64,000 nucleotides of DNA from Podarcis erhardii. Taxonomy: Eukaryota. This document shows positions 48,967 to 62,294 of this stretch, in pieces. The DNA lies in NCBI GenBank assembly GCA_964252035.1, contig OZ176204.1; one strand, written 5' to 3'. A program made the translations under genes and the position numbers. A model generated the notes under the pieces. That model saw only the letters and a program-made list of their open reading frames with translations, was not told the origin of the DNA and ran no database searches. Each line of letters opens with the position of its first letter. Position 1 is the stretch's first letter.

Positions 48967-49747
48967 TGAATCCTGACAAGACAGAAGTACTGTTCTTGGA
49001 GGACAGGGGGCGGGTGTGGAGGACTCCCTGGTCCTGAATGGGGTAACTGTGCCCCTGAAGGACCAGGTGTGCTCCCTGGGAGTCATTTTAGACTCACAGA
49101 TGTCCATGGAGGTGCAGTCAATTCTGTGTCCAGGGCAGCTGTCTACCAGCTCCATCTGGTATGCAGGCTGAGACCCTACCTGCCCGTTGACTGTCTTGCC
49201 AGAGTAATGCATGCTCTAGTTCTCTCCCGCTACTGCAATGCGCTCTTCGTGGGGCTACCTTTGAAGGTGACTCGAAACTGCAATTAATCCAGAATTTGGC
49301 AGCTAGACTGGTGACTGGGAGTGGCCACTGGGACCATATAACACCGGTCCTGAGAGACCTGCATTGGCTCCCAGTACATTTCTGAGCACAATTCAAAGTG
49401 TTGGTGCTGACCTTTAAAGCCCTAAATGGCCTAGGTCCGGTGTACCTGAAGGAGTGTTTCCACCCCCATTGTTCAGCCCGGACACTAAGATCCAGCACTG
49501 AGGACCTTCTGGCACTTCCCTCACTGCAAGAAGTGAGGTTACAGGGAACCAGGCAGATGGCCTTTTTGATAGTGGCGCCCTCCCATCAGATGTCAAGGAA
49601 ATAAGCAACTATCTTACTTTTAAAAGACATCTGAAGGCAGCCCTGTTTAGGGAAGTTTTTAATGTTTAATGCTGTATTGTGTTTTTAATATTTGGTTGGG
49701 AGCTGCCCAGAGTGGCTGGAGAAACCAGCCAGATGGGTGGGGTATAA

Positions 49748-49789
<42 letters not shown>

Positions 49790-49816
49790 TACTACTACTA
49801 CTACTACTACTACTAC
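48967..49816 (+). mobile_element. L2 LINE, 5'-truncated, with degraded ORF2 C-terminus and a (TTA)n(CTA)n tail
   Basis: NPDKTEVL, LGVILDS, YQLHLVCRLRPYL...HALVLSR-YCNALFVGLP, HWL, LVLTFKALNGLGP.YL, with frameshifts. Confidence 0.92.
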
Positions 49817-50518
49817 CACAAAAGCACATTTCCCCTTCATATCAGATGAGCCTCAGCAAAGCAATTAAAACTTTTATGTGTTATTTTTGTTATTGTGGGT
49901 CCTACATATGCTACTAAATGCCAGCCCTCTTGTCCTTTGGTACTATTAGAGTCAGATGATCGCTGGTCCTTTAAAAAGCTTCCTCTGGGAATGTCTGAGG
50001 CCCTTGGCCACGCGGTAAGCATAGTGTTGCTGCACCTGCAGTAGCCCAGCTTCCACAGATTATTATTTTTTAAGCAGCTACAGCAGCACAGTAACACTGG
50101 GCTTAGCATATGGCTGGAGGCAGCAGACAGATGAGAACCACAGCACAGCACAATACAATAATAATTACCTTTCTGGTGGTTCTTCGTAAGCGTTGCTGAA
50201 ATGTTCACTTTGCAACTGTAATGATACTTTGTCTACTTTATTGTAAACTTCTTCTCGGCATCAATATATTGTTATAGTCATGTGCTTTTCAGCACTTGTT
50301 ATGATTGTTATATACAACTGTGCTCTTGTATTTGGTTTTTCTTCTTCTCTGCGGCTGCCATCTTTGATCTCTGCTCTTCCAGTTTCTCTTTATTGTTCTG
50401 TTTAGGCTCATTGGATGGGGTGAAGGCCAGCAGTCAGCAGCAGCAACAAAGATTTAGAAGCTCAGAATGAGCAGGCTACATGAAGAGTATGATAAAAGCG
50501 AGAACCTAGTTCTTACTG

Positions 50519-50852
50519 AGGGACGCGGGTGGCGCTGTGGTCTAAACCACTGAGCCTAGGGCTTGCTGATCAAAAGGTCGGTGGTTCAAATCCCCATGAT
50601 GGGGTGAGCTCCTGTTGCTTGGTCCCAGCTCATACCAACCTAGCAGTTTGAAAGCACGTCAAAGTGCAAGTAGATAAATAGGTACTCTGGTTTTGCCAGA
50701 CGCGGCTCAGTTATGCTGACCACATGACCCAGAAAAACTGTCTGTGGACAAACGTCGGCTCCCTCGGCCAGTAAAGCAAGATGAGCACTGCAACACCAGA
50801 GTCGTGACTGGACTTAACTGTCAGGGGTCCTTTACCTTTACCTTTACCTTTT
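50519..50852 (+). mobile_element. Sauria-type SINE with an internal deletion
   Basis: Head gggacgcgggtggcgctgtgg, tail (tttacc)n, and a 12-bp TSD tagttcttactg at 50507-50518 and 50853-50864. Confidence 0.92.
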
Positions 50853-53800
50853 TAGTTCTTACTGGGGTAGAAACTATGTTTCTGGACTGCATTATTTCAG
50901 ATTGCAAATTGGTGGGGGCTCACAAACCTGAATATTCTTCAATACTATAATCCTTCAGACAGACAACTAGATATCAAAGAGACATATAATTTTCTATTTG
51001 AAGAGATTTTATTTTTATCTGTTTCTATGGAGGGTTAACCAATTAAGCGATCCCCCATGTGAAGTGGCACTGCCCAAACATATCACCATCATGATCCAGT
51101 TTATCTTCCACAATAAACCTTGCTCAAAGAAGTTCACAACAGTGGGATAATAATTCACACTAAGTCTGATGAGAGAAATGCAGAAACAGAATCTAAATAT
51201 TTATCTGAAAGCTAAATGTTGCCCCAAGCAGCAACCCTTCAATCAGCCAGAGCCCCACCCAGCTAGGAATGCCTAATTAGCAGCAACAGGCATTGATGAC
51301 AATTTGGTGCTAGTGACCAAGGTTTGGGCAACCTCAGAGTCAAAGGGAAGGAACTGACAGATGGCTCTTGAAGAAATAACATTTTGTGAAAGAGCACTTA
51401 GAAATGTTATTCATCAGTCTTCTAGTATATCTAACATGCAATGCATTTTAATTGCCCTCTCAGCAACTACTGCAGATTGTGCGGACACCTTAGGAATAAA
51501 ATTCCCATTTCACAGATGAAAAAATGCTTCAGGATAGTGGTTTGACCAATACTAATCAGTGAGACCACATTGCAGAGGAATAAGCCATAGTCTCTCCTAG
51601 TCAGATATGTGAATGTTTAGACCTTGGACAGCTCCAAGAGGTAGACAATATCTTGCTTCAATGTGCTGGAACATGAATGAAGCCACACAGCAGGGATTGT
51701 TCCAAATCCTGTTTCTTTTTCTTCTTCTTTTTTTAAATACTGTTTTTATTTATTTTCATGGTACGGAAGATAAATTTTGAGAAAACAGTTGTTACAACAG
51801 TAAACAACAAGTAACTTGTCCGAATAAAATTACAGACTTTTATCATGCTATGTGTTAGAGTTTAATTTGATTACTCTAAGACATCACGCCACATTTTTCC
51901 AAGAGCGCTCACCGGTGGGTGGACAAGGGCTTAGACCATGGTTAAGTTTGTAACTTTGCACTTCTGTAATGCAGAATCCAGACCAACCACTATGCCACGC
52001 TGGCTCTCAAGTGAATGAGAGGTAAGAGTATTGAGATGGCAGAATGTATCAATTTAGGCTGCAGTTGGCGTGGAGGATCACATTTCACAGTAGTCCTCCA
52101 TGTAAAAAACAAAAAGTAAACACCCTTTGTAAGTAAAAACCTAGCACAGCACAAAGAGAGCTTGCTCCTTAATGTGCTAATTTTCTATGTTCTGGGAATG
52201 TTCACATAGAAGAGTGTTGAAAATTGAACCTCCTAATTGCAGCCTGGCATAGTGCAGTACATTCTCTCATCTCGGATTTCTACAACCTCATTCTTTTTTT
52301 CTCTCCCTGCCTCATCCTGCAGGATGTATAAACCAGTCCTGAATTGCTACTCCAGGCTAGGGACATGACACTTCCATTCTCCTCCATTTAGCCACCTCCC
52401 TTTGCCGACACATCCACTTTATTTATTTCCCAGGTCCAGATCTGCCATTTCACTTACCTACATTACGTTGCAGGCAACCTATTTGGTTTCTCCTTGTTCT
52501 CTGATTAAATGCAATGAGTCATTTTGCGAAAACTGGTGGTGTCCAGGAATGAAAATTGTGTTCTATGAGAACACGAAAAGCTATTGCTCTAAGGCACAAT
52601 ATTCTTTTTGATTTCCCCCCCCCCTCACTGCGTACTGCTGCGTAGGAAAGAAAATTGTGCCCCCTGCCCTCCTGGTTCCATCCCTCATGCCCGCCTCCCA
52701 TGCCTGACAAATGTTATTGTGGCTCAAAGGCTGGAGGGCTGAGGTAATGCTCTCAGTCACTTACTGCAGCACTGTAAGCAGGTAAATCACAGTGGTGGGG
52801 CATGAGTGATGGCCTTCTGAACACAAAATACTAGAGGGAAGCCAGATTGCTATGGTAAAACCATCTGTCTTGTGAAAAACCATAGCCCTGATTAGAGTAA
52901 CAGCCTCCCTTGTGATCTTTCCTAGGTAGCCAGCTCCATAAATATTTGATTCCCCATCAGAATAAAAGCATGCTGTTGTGGGCTGTTTTTCTTTTTTCTT
53001 TTTCAGGATTTAAATTTAATCCTAACCCCTGCCAGCCTGAGATGGGCCACTTTGCACTTCTATCTTCATATAAAAGTCCATAAACCTCAGTGCTTTTCTT
53101 CACTTTGAAAAGCTATCCCCATCCCCCCTTTTAATCTGTTTATCAAAACAAATGTCTCATTATTTTCAGCTGCAGTTCCCTAAGCTTTGGAATGCCAGCA
53201 AAGCTCCTTGCATGTTGCATTGAAAAATTAGAATCTATTCTAAGGAATGACTAGGGCTTTCACATATATTTAGTGGAATCCAAATATTATGAATGGGGAG
53301 GGCTGAGCTGTAAGACATGCAGCTTAAAATTTAAAAATTTCCACCAGAAAAAGGTTGTTAATCAGTATTCTCCTTATGTGTTTCCAGCTACTCTAAATGG
53401 ATCTTTCCCTATGAAGAGCATCTGCAAAAACCAGCCTGCTCTGCAAATGGTGTGTACCTTATAGCCTGATCTGCTATAGCCTGAGCTGCTACTCTAGGGT
53501 GTGCACTGCAACTCTAAGAACAGGCATAGTTTTTGTCACAGCACAGAGACATTTCACAGGATTGGGCTGTACAAAGAAAAGTAAACACACCCAATATGCG
53601 TGAATAGGAATTTTCCCACGGGGATATTATGTTACCCAGAATCCTCTGGACATTCCTCTTGCTCAATCTGGAAGCCAATAGCAAGGGAACTAGCAGTGGC
53701 CACAAAGGGGTACATCAGAAAAATATAGGTGTACAATATGTACCCCACACTTTTATGAAGCACTTGGCAAGTAATCAATTTCTTAACAGTAATTACACTG

Positions 53801-56800
53801 GATTTGAGGGATAATTGATACAATTTAGAGTTGATGAATGTATATTAATTTATATATACCCAGAAATATTAGAAGAGAATCTATTTGTGTCAATAAGAGA
53901 ACTGTTGACTGATATTTTCTTCAGTGTTTTATTAACTGAGTCCATTTAAATCTCATAATTATTCAGAAGAATGCACTTCTAATCCATTTCTGTATGCTTG
54001 CATATGTCACTTAGTTCACAAAGCCATTTACAAAACTCTTATTCAGTTGCATGCATCCTCTAATATCTAGTAATCTACCTTTAATCAAGCAAATGTGAGA
54101 TTTTGCACTAAGCAGTAAGTAGCAAATTCATAAATTAAGAAGTCACGAGGACCTAAAATGCAAGGCTATTAATTACGGGTGATTGACAATCATTTTGGGA
54201 AAGTTGTGCGGAAACAGTGCAAGCCTGAAAGTGACTGTGAAGTCAAATTCACTTTAATTGGTGCAGATTTATCTTATGGAAAAACATATGTTGAACAGTG
54301 TAAATTGTTGTGACTGAACTGTTAGTTCCTAAACTGAACGGTAGTCTTCACTTCAATTATTTTTTACTAGGCAATCTCCTCCCCCACCTCTGACCTTCCC
54401 TAGTCCTGCTACAAGGGATCTCAGTTGAATTTGCTAGACTTCAGAAGTTAAATCCTAAATCAATATTAAAGTTCCAACACAGATATATCCTCAAGGGTTA
54501 CTAAGAAATCACCCTTTGATCCTGAAAATGGACATTTTCACACGAAATAATTTAAAATGACTTATTGCTTTCCCAGCATCTGTGTTTAAATATAGCCTCA
54601 AAAAAAATATGATTCTCTTCCCCTCTCTGTCCCCAACATATTGACATCATTCACACGTGCACACAAAGAGTGAGAGAGAAACCTTGTAAGGACAGTTTAC
54701 AGAATATCACATCTGGTTTCCCTCATAGTTCCCCCCTCCTTTCTTTTATGCTCTTGCAATGCAATCCTCTGCTTGTCTACTCAGAAGTAAGTTCCTCAGG
54801 ACTTCTAGGTAAGTGCATACCATATTGCAATCTCTACCTGGAGTAACAAAAGCAAAAATCAGAGCTATTCAAGATAACATCATCATTAGGGATGAACAAC
54901 CAGCACACAAGCAAATCCTGCTAACTTATTCATCACTACACACACACACACACAGGTTTTTTCTTTCTAAAAAAATGTAACTTTGCAAGTCAAGATGCAC
55001 TAGACTTCATTTTCTGAGGCTGCCTTTATTTTGAGGAGTCCTTGAAGCAAGCTAACTAGACCCTCCCACAAAGTTCATTCTGTGTTAAAGAGCCAGAAAC
55101 AGCTGTCACATAAGTAGAACCTCTCCCAGGCAATGTTTGCCATTTTCCCCATCTTCAAAGCACAGCAAAGACTTCACTCGTCCGGGTTGCTTTCATCTCT
55201 CTCATTATTTTTGCAACAGAATAGAAGAAGCAAGTTGTGGGTGCTGATTGGCTAGGATTTAATTGGAACTCTAGGAAGGCACTGCTCTGATTCCTCACAA
55301 TTACATTTCTTTTAAAACAACCTTTTAATGATTTGATTCCCTTTCATTTCAAGCCAACCACTGCCTGCCTACTCCAAGTCCATCAGGACTGGAGCCACAG
55401 CACCACACACCGCTAGCAGAGATAACAGGATGGAGACTGCAAGATTTGTCAGGCTTCAGTTGCAATGGGCAGCTGTGCCAAAAGCACAAGAAAGCAACTC
55501 TGAAATATCCCTCTGTTCCGAGCAATCTTTCCAGGCTAACAGCAAGAGATGTAATGTTTGGCATTTAAACTTGATCAGAGAGGGAAATCAAGGCATACAC
55601 CATGGAGCTTCATTTTAAGCAAATCCTATTAGGATTAGGGAACCAGTATTATTGCATTGGAATTTGGCCCTCTGGAATCTCTTCTAAAGCTGGCATGGAA
55701 ATGTATTATAACATGAAAATTCCTCTGACAATTCAGTGGTTATTTTTGTTAATTCACTATCAACTTTAGGAGAAAGTTTGTCCTTCTAAGGAAAGGATTG
55801 AACTCTAAACTTTTTGGAATAGGTTGCTATTTTTTGTAAGCTTCCAAAACTGTTCTAACAGCAAGCATCGCCCAGGTTCTGAGATCTAAGGCCTATTCAT
55901 ATCTCTAAGTTGTACAGTACTGAGCTAGACTAGACACTGTTGAGGGGGAAATAATGATTACTGAAACCACATCAAATTTTCTCTGGATTGCACCCATCAC
56001 CTGCATCAAAGAGTACATGGTATCATAATTAATGATTTTGGCATAGCAATAATTGGCAAAGTGATGCAAGACTTCATCAAATTCAGGGGAGAAGATAACA
56101 GCCCCCAACCTCAAATGGGGCAATGTCAGAGGTATGTTGATATATATCTCTTTGTGCAAATATAAAAACATATAGTTATAAAGGCCTTCCTTCCTTCCTT
56201 CCTTCCCATCTATCTTGTGCAGTGGTTAAAGACTTTTTCATCTTATTTGTTTGAAGATTTTTCTCTCACCCTTCTAGTGCCTATGCACTTTGCACAAGGA
56301 TATATGTTACAGGTCTCTGCCACTGTTAGATTTCCTCTGCACAAGACCAAAGCAAGGTGCTGCTGCTGCTGTTGGAGACAGACAGAAATACTATGAATGA
56401 CCTACAAAAATGTGTGCAATGTCAGCGTACATGTTCATGAGTGAGAGAAAGAGAGGGGAAACTGCGGTCTTGACAATAATCCACCAGCCAATTTCAATTT
56501 TAGTAATTTACCCACCGTACAAATCCACTTCTGGTGTAAATTTAGTATACAAACAGTGAGAGGGCAAAAAAAGGAGAGGCCTAGTATTACATTTGGGTAA
56601 CTGACATTCAGTGATCTGCTGCCATGTGTGGTCCTCCTGGACAGCTGCCACCAGAGACCTACAGCAGTTTAGAAACACAGTATATGTGATGTTCTATTTT
56701 TATGTCATGGAAAACTTGCCATATTAAACACATAACTTAGTGCTACATCTATGCAAGATGTGATTCATGGTATTTTAGGTTAAGCTTTATTACCAGAAGC

Positions 56801-57353
56801 TATTTGTAAATTTGGAACCAAACACAATTCCTACATATAATTGCAAACAGTACTCATTCATAGCATCCCCCCACCCCATATTTTGAAAATATATACAGAG
56901 AAACTCATAAGATAAACATGAGCTTTAGAGCATCTGGCTTTCTCCTTCTACAGGCCATGGTACATATTTATCAAAGATGTAAAAAGGAAGAAGGGGTCCT
57001 GCCCTAGGTGACATACTGGGTTAATTAAAGCAGTCTGTCCCCTTTAGAAAAAAAAAAGGCTTAAACCTGCCTCAAGTTACAAGAGAATTAAATAGACTTC
57101 TCGGCTTGGTATGCCATAAATGCTTGCTCATGTATAAAGCCTTACCATCCTACTAGAATTTTCTACATTTCCTCTGTTTCAAAGCATGTGCAGTTTAAGA
57201 CACTGTTTGGGGGGCATTTAGAGAAGAACAAGACAGCTGTGTTGGGTGATAAAAGCCTACTTAATGTCTGGGATCTCAGAGCCCACTTTTCAAACCTTCC
57301 ACCCTGCCCCACCTTAGATTTAATAGATATACCCCCACCTTGACACCTATCAC

Positions 57354-57489
57354 CAGAGTTTCCCAAACTTGGGCCTCTCACTGTTTTTGGACTACAATTC
57401 CCATCATCCCTGACCACTGGCCCTTCTAGCTAGGGGTGATGGGAGTTGTAGTCCAAAAACAGCTGGCGAGCCTAGTTTGGGAAACCCTG
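57354..57489. mobile_element. Hairpin hAT-type MITE
   Basis: cagagtttcccaaact...agtttgggaaaccctg with a ggactacaa / ttgtagtcc core. Confidence 0.88.
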
Positions 57490-58732
57490 CTATACACCAT
57501 CAAAGTACTTCCACTGCAAATGCCAGCTCAAGGGCCATTGCATGTGCCTGTTACCAATTCTAAAAAGCCCAGCTATTAGTTATTGTTGGAGCTGTAGTTG
57601 CTCAAGTTATCATTTGCAAGTGTAATGGAATAAAGAAGTAGGATCCCAGCATCCCCATGGCCATGCTATATTATGGTTTCCCCTTCTAATAATTGGGAGC
57701 AATTCACAACACAGATAATATGGGAAAGGACAGGGAGCTTAAAGATGCAAAATGATTATTATAATATCAAGGGCTTTCATCACCCATTACATTAGTATCA
57801 CAGCAAGCTTAGCCAATTGCATGTCGTTGTTTTTTAGCCCCCTTCATCGAGATGCTGCGTTAAACACTTATTTGTTCAATTTTGTGAGGAGCAGAAGGGA
57901 AAGTTTAATCATGGGTGTGAGGAAGGCAAAATAGACAATGGAATTAATACCCTCGTGCAGTTTACAAGCTCCCTGCAGTCCCTCAGTCTGCATATTTCTA
58001 AGGCACTCTATCTGGGGAAAGTACATTGTTCATTTATTTTGACAAAAGCAATTTCAATTATTAATGATAACGCTTCTATAGCACACGTGTAAGCGGGCTG
58101 TAGTATAATTTGTAAGACTATAAAAGGCTTTAAATCAAGAGTTATGTGCTGACTCAGCCACAGTACTGAGCACCTACCATTCTTGTTGACTTTGGTGGCA
58201 ATAAAAGCATTCAGCATCTGCAGAACGTAGGACTTCATTTGCATGTGTATATATATTTATATGTGCAGAGTTTCAGTAAATGTAAGAAACTCTGTGGTGG
58301 TGCTTCATTCATTTACTGATACACATGCAGTTACTAGCCTAGATTCCATATGGAGATACCTTGCTCAAGAAACCTATGGCTGGTTTGATACTAGTCACTT
58401 GTTTTGGAACTGTCATCCTTTGTCCAATCACCTTTTACAGAAGATCCAGCCAATAGACAGAATTCAGCATCAGGCTATGACAAATGTTCTATCTGAGCAA
58501 GGACTTCTTGCGCTACAGTCCTCCCCATCCCCAAACTGTTGTATGGGGTCTCCTGACACACACACCCTGAACCAATTCCAGGCGGCACAAGAGGGAGGGG
58601 GCATCATTACTGCAGAAATGGAACTCCTTGCACAATAATTCCACTGATGGGACTCATGGGCTGAATCCTGCCCCATGCCATTGTCATCTGCCTGCATTTC
58701 AGTGTTTACTCAGCTTCCCTCCCACTCTCTAT

Positions 58733-58951
58733 AGCCAGTGTGGTGTAGTGGTTAAGAGCGGTATACTCGTAATCTGGGGAACCAGGTTCGCATCTCCGCT
58801 CCTCCACATGCAGCTGCTGGGTGACCTTGGGCTAGTCACACTTCCTTGAAGTCTCTCAGCCCCACTCACCTCACAGAGTGTTTGTTTGGGGGGAGGAAGG
58901 GAAAGGAGAATGTTAGCCGCTTTGAGACTCCTTTGGGTAGTGATAAAGTGG
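58733..58951 (+). mobile_element. tRNA-derived SINE (Squam3-like) running into the assembly gap
   Basis: A-box-like tggtgtagtggtt and B-box-like ggttcgcatc; colinear with the reverse complement of 44436-44835. Confidence 0.87.
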
Positions 58952-59082
58952 NNNNNNNNNNNNNNNNNNNNNNNNNNNNNNNNNNNNNNNNNNNNNNNNN
59001 NNNNNNNNNNNNNNNNNNNNNNNNNNNNNNNNNNNNNNNNNNNNNNNNNNNNNNNNNNNNNNNNNNNNNNNNNNNNNNNNNN
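58952..59082. other. Assembly gap of 131 N
   Basis: Direct reading of the sequence. Confidence 1.
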
Positions 59083-60142
59083 NCTGCTGTTGTTTGTCCT
59101 AACATGCAGCTGTGCCACCGGGCTATCTCATGTGGACAGGCAAACTGGATTGAAGTTTTTTAAGAATTCACTCCTTTATCTTTATTGAAACACTTCAAGT
59201 TTTAGCTTCATCTTGGCCCTCTTTGGGCATTCAAGTTTCCCCACAGGAAGGCGTAAGTAGGAACATATGGGGGCAAGCCTGGCCTCTTAAGTAATTCTGT
59301 GCACACCAGGCACACTCTGTGGGCAACGGACAAATATTGCTTAAAGTTGAACAACCTCTGGTAAACTTTATTAAATGAAATCTGCCACCAGGGCAGCGAA
59401 ACACCATCTTTCCCACAATGCATCTCTCCACGGAAGAGCCCCTTAGGATGAGACAGCCCCAGAAATTCTGGGAGTGCATGTGCTGTGTCAGCAGGTCAGG
59501 TGGGAAGATTAGAAAACGGCAGCAGGTCCACCTCAGGGAGGGCAATGCCTTGACCCCTGAATAAAAAAGCATGGACAGCAGCCTTGATGAAGTATTCGGA
59601 ACTGCAGAGCTTTAATGGTGAAATAACATGAAGAACTCAGAACAAAATATTGAGAACTGCTCTTGATCGGTTTCATTATATTACAGGGCACACAGCACTC
59701 ATGAGAGACAGTGGAGATACTCTGCAAGGTAGCACTATAAATCCACTGGTGTCTTTAGTTTGCATGTGTTTTCCTAAAGGTTAGTCAGTGACCAGAAAGT
59801 AAAGCATTTGATCAAAGAAGAAGGGGGTGAGGGGAGAGTCAGGAAATAACTGAGGTAAAGAGAAAGGCCTTAAACTAACCAATACGAGACTGCCTTAACT
59901 TGAGCCCAATAGTAGTACACAAGAAAAGTAACTTGCTCTCCATTCAGACTCAAAAGTTCTATGTGAGGAATAAGACTGTGATGGGAGGCTTGCAATGTTT
60001 TGTCAGTCCATGTGCATACTGTAGCTTTTAAAGAAATATTTCTGTTGTATGTCCTTTCCATCTGATTTGAAAATCTAAGCTAAAGTGCGTACATTTCAGA
60101 CAGCCATTGTGTATGCACAGGTGCAGCACATGTGCACGTGAC

Positions 60143-60300
60143 CAGTGGCGTAGCGTGGGGGGTGCAGGGGGGGCCGGCCGCACCGGGCGCAACATCTGGG
60201 GTTAGGGCAAATCCACGGGTTAGGGGGCGCAAATCCACAGGTTAGGGGGCGCAAATTACTTGCCTTGCCCCGGGTGCTGACAACCCATGCTACGCCACTG
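60143..60300. mobile_element. hAT MITE, 158 bp, young
   Basis: TIR cagtggcgtagcgt / atgctacgccactg; perfect 8-bp TSD cacgtgac at 60135-60142 and 60301-60308. Confidence 0.93.
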
Positions 60301-60472
60301 CACGTGACAGTTTCATGAAATTGGAGTTTGGCACAGGGAACACATCAGGTAATGCATGCAGGGTTAAGACATCCCAACTCCCACTCTGGTGTGTACAACA
60401 ACGTAAGAATGTGACTTGAAACAGGGCTGGGGATAAATTACCTCACTGAGTTTCAAGCTATGTACAGAGCAT

Positions 60473-60476
<4 letters not shown>

Positions 60477-60509
<33 letters not shown>
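60477..60509. repeat. (AG)n microsatellite
   Basis: Direct reading of the sequence. Confidence 0.97.
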
Positions 60510-60513
<4 letters not shown>

Positions 60514-61193
60514 CTCATCATGCTATGTGGCATTAGGCAAAGGCACTATCTTAGTATCCTATCTGCAATATGTCTCACTTAGAGAGCTATCGAAAGAGTA
60601 GCAGTGATAATGCATATGAAGTAATTTGAACATTGAAAGCACTATATAAATGCTGATTATTAATCAAAGCTATCGGAACCATAATCAAAAGAACAATCTC
60701 AAGGAGCAAGAGAGAGAGTGTGTGTGTTCAATGAGCCAGTTTGGGCTGTTCTTCAATGGATGTATCCAAAAACCTATCAGTCTCCATCAGAGAGGCAATC
60801 TAGTGGCTGAAAAGCCTGCAGCTTGTCAATAATGGATGGAGTAGATGTTTGCAGCCATTTTCAAACATCATAGAGGATTTTCGCACATGGAGCGACGTTC
60901 AGTTTTGGCTTAGATTGCTCTGTACATTAATGTAGCCTACTTTGGCTACAATGCACAATTGATTTCTTTTCCCCATTCTAGCCTGCATTAAAAACGTTCA
61001 CATAACAAGAGGCTGGAACAAAGCCAATGCTATCTATGCAATTGCAGTTTTGTTATCATTAAAAGCATCTCTGTTTCCCATGTCTTTTAAACAAGTCCCT
61101 TGAAATCTCCCCCCCCCCCTTTTTTTTCAGAGGCTCCAAGGAGCTGGCCAATCACACATTGGCTGGGTGGGAGTTTACACAGAGACTATAAAG

Positions 61194-61330
61194 CAAGGCT
61201 GGGGAATCTGTGGTCTTCCAGATATTACTGGACTACAACTCCAGTTGTCCTTGCCACTGACCATGCTGGCTGGGATGATGGACACTGGACAGCATCTTGA
61301 TTTAAAGGGAGGTGGCCAAGCTTTTGCCCA
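61194..61330. mobile_element. Hairpin hAT-type MITE, degraded
   Basis: ctgtggtcttccagatattactggactacaactcc...gaccatgctggctgggatgatgg, similar to 6638-6770. Confidence 0.65.
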
Positions 61331-61924
61331 ACTGGGATTGAGAAGGGGGTCTCTCTGAACTTGGTCCTTCTTAGCATTGCTATAAAATTTTGCATTATGC
61401 AGAGCAAAGCAAGACTGGTAATCTAAGAGACTTCTGACATGAATAGCAAAATTCCCCAGGGAAGTTATGCATATTCCCATCTGCCATTAAACCGAAAATA
61501 ATTTGTAATTATTGTGGCTGGAGGAGGAGAAAAGGAAGCACTATTGATTTATTTCCAATATGGTTCAAACTTTATTATTATAATTATTGACAGAAATACA
61601 TATTGCAGCTCAAAGCAATTGCTGAATTCTTGCCTCACAAACAAACCCACCTTTCAAAGGCACATGTGCCTTTGGAGAAAACATGTTGGCTACATTGTTT
61701 TAAGTCCTGCCAGACTCTCTTCCTCACCCTCTGCCCTTCCAATGAGGTTCAAAAAAAATAAATCCAGGGTGAGACGGGGTTTATTTTCAGCAATTAAGCC
61801 CTCCCTCTGCTGTGTCATTTGTGCCTTTGAAAGCTAGCTACTGAATAAGTAAAATTTCCCTATAACTACTCTTGCCTTGCCAGGAAAGCTTTCACTTGTT
61901 TAATCTCTGCAAGATATACTGGAT

Positions 61925-62294
61925 TTAGGTAAAGGTGAAGGAACCCCTGACCATTAGGTCCAGTTGCGGACAACTCTGGGGTTGCGGCGCTCATCTTGCT
62001 TTACTGGCTGAAGGAGCCAGCGTTTGTCCGCAGACAGCTTCCAGGTCATGTGGCCAGCATGACTAAGCCACTCTGGCAAACCAGAGCAGCGCACGGAAAT
62101 GCCGTTTACCTTCCTGTCGGAGAAGTACCTATTTATCTACTTGCACTTTGACGTGCTTTTGAACTGCTAGGTTGGCAGGAGCAGGGACCGAGCAACTGGA
62201 GCTCACCCTGTCACAGGGATTCGAACCGCTGACCTTCTGATTGGCAAGTCCTAGGCTCTGTGGTTTAACCCACAGTGCCACCCGCGTCCCTGTC
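61925..62294 (-). mobile_element. Sauria-type SINE, full length, inverted
   Basis: Reverse complement of 50519-50852 including the segment deleted there; 9-bp TSD atactggat at 61916-61924 and 62295-62303. Confidence 0.92.

Noticed and set aside
58729-59188. ORFs spanning the N run
   Set aside because: Artefacts of translating Ns.
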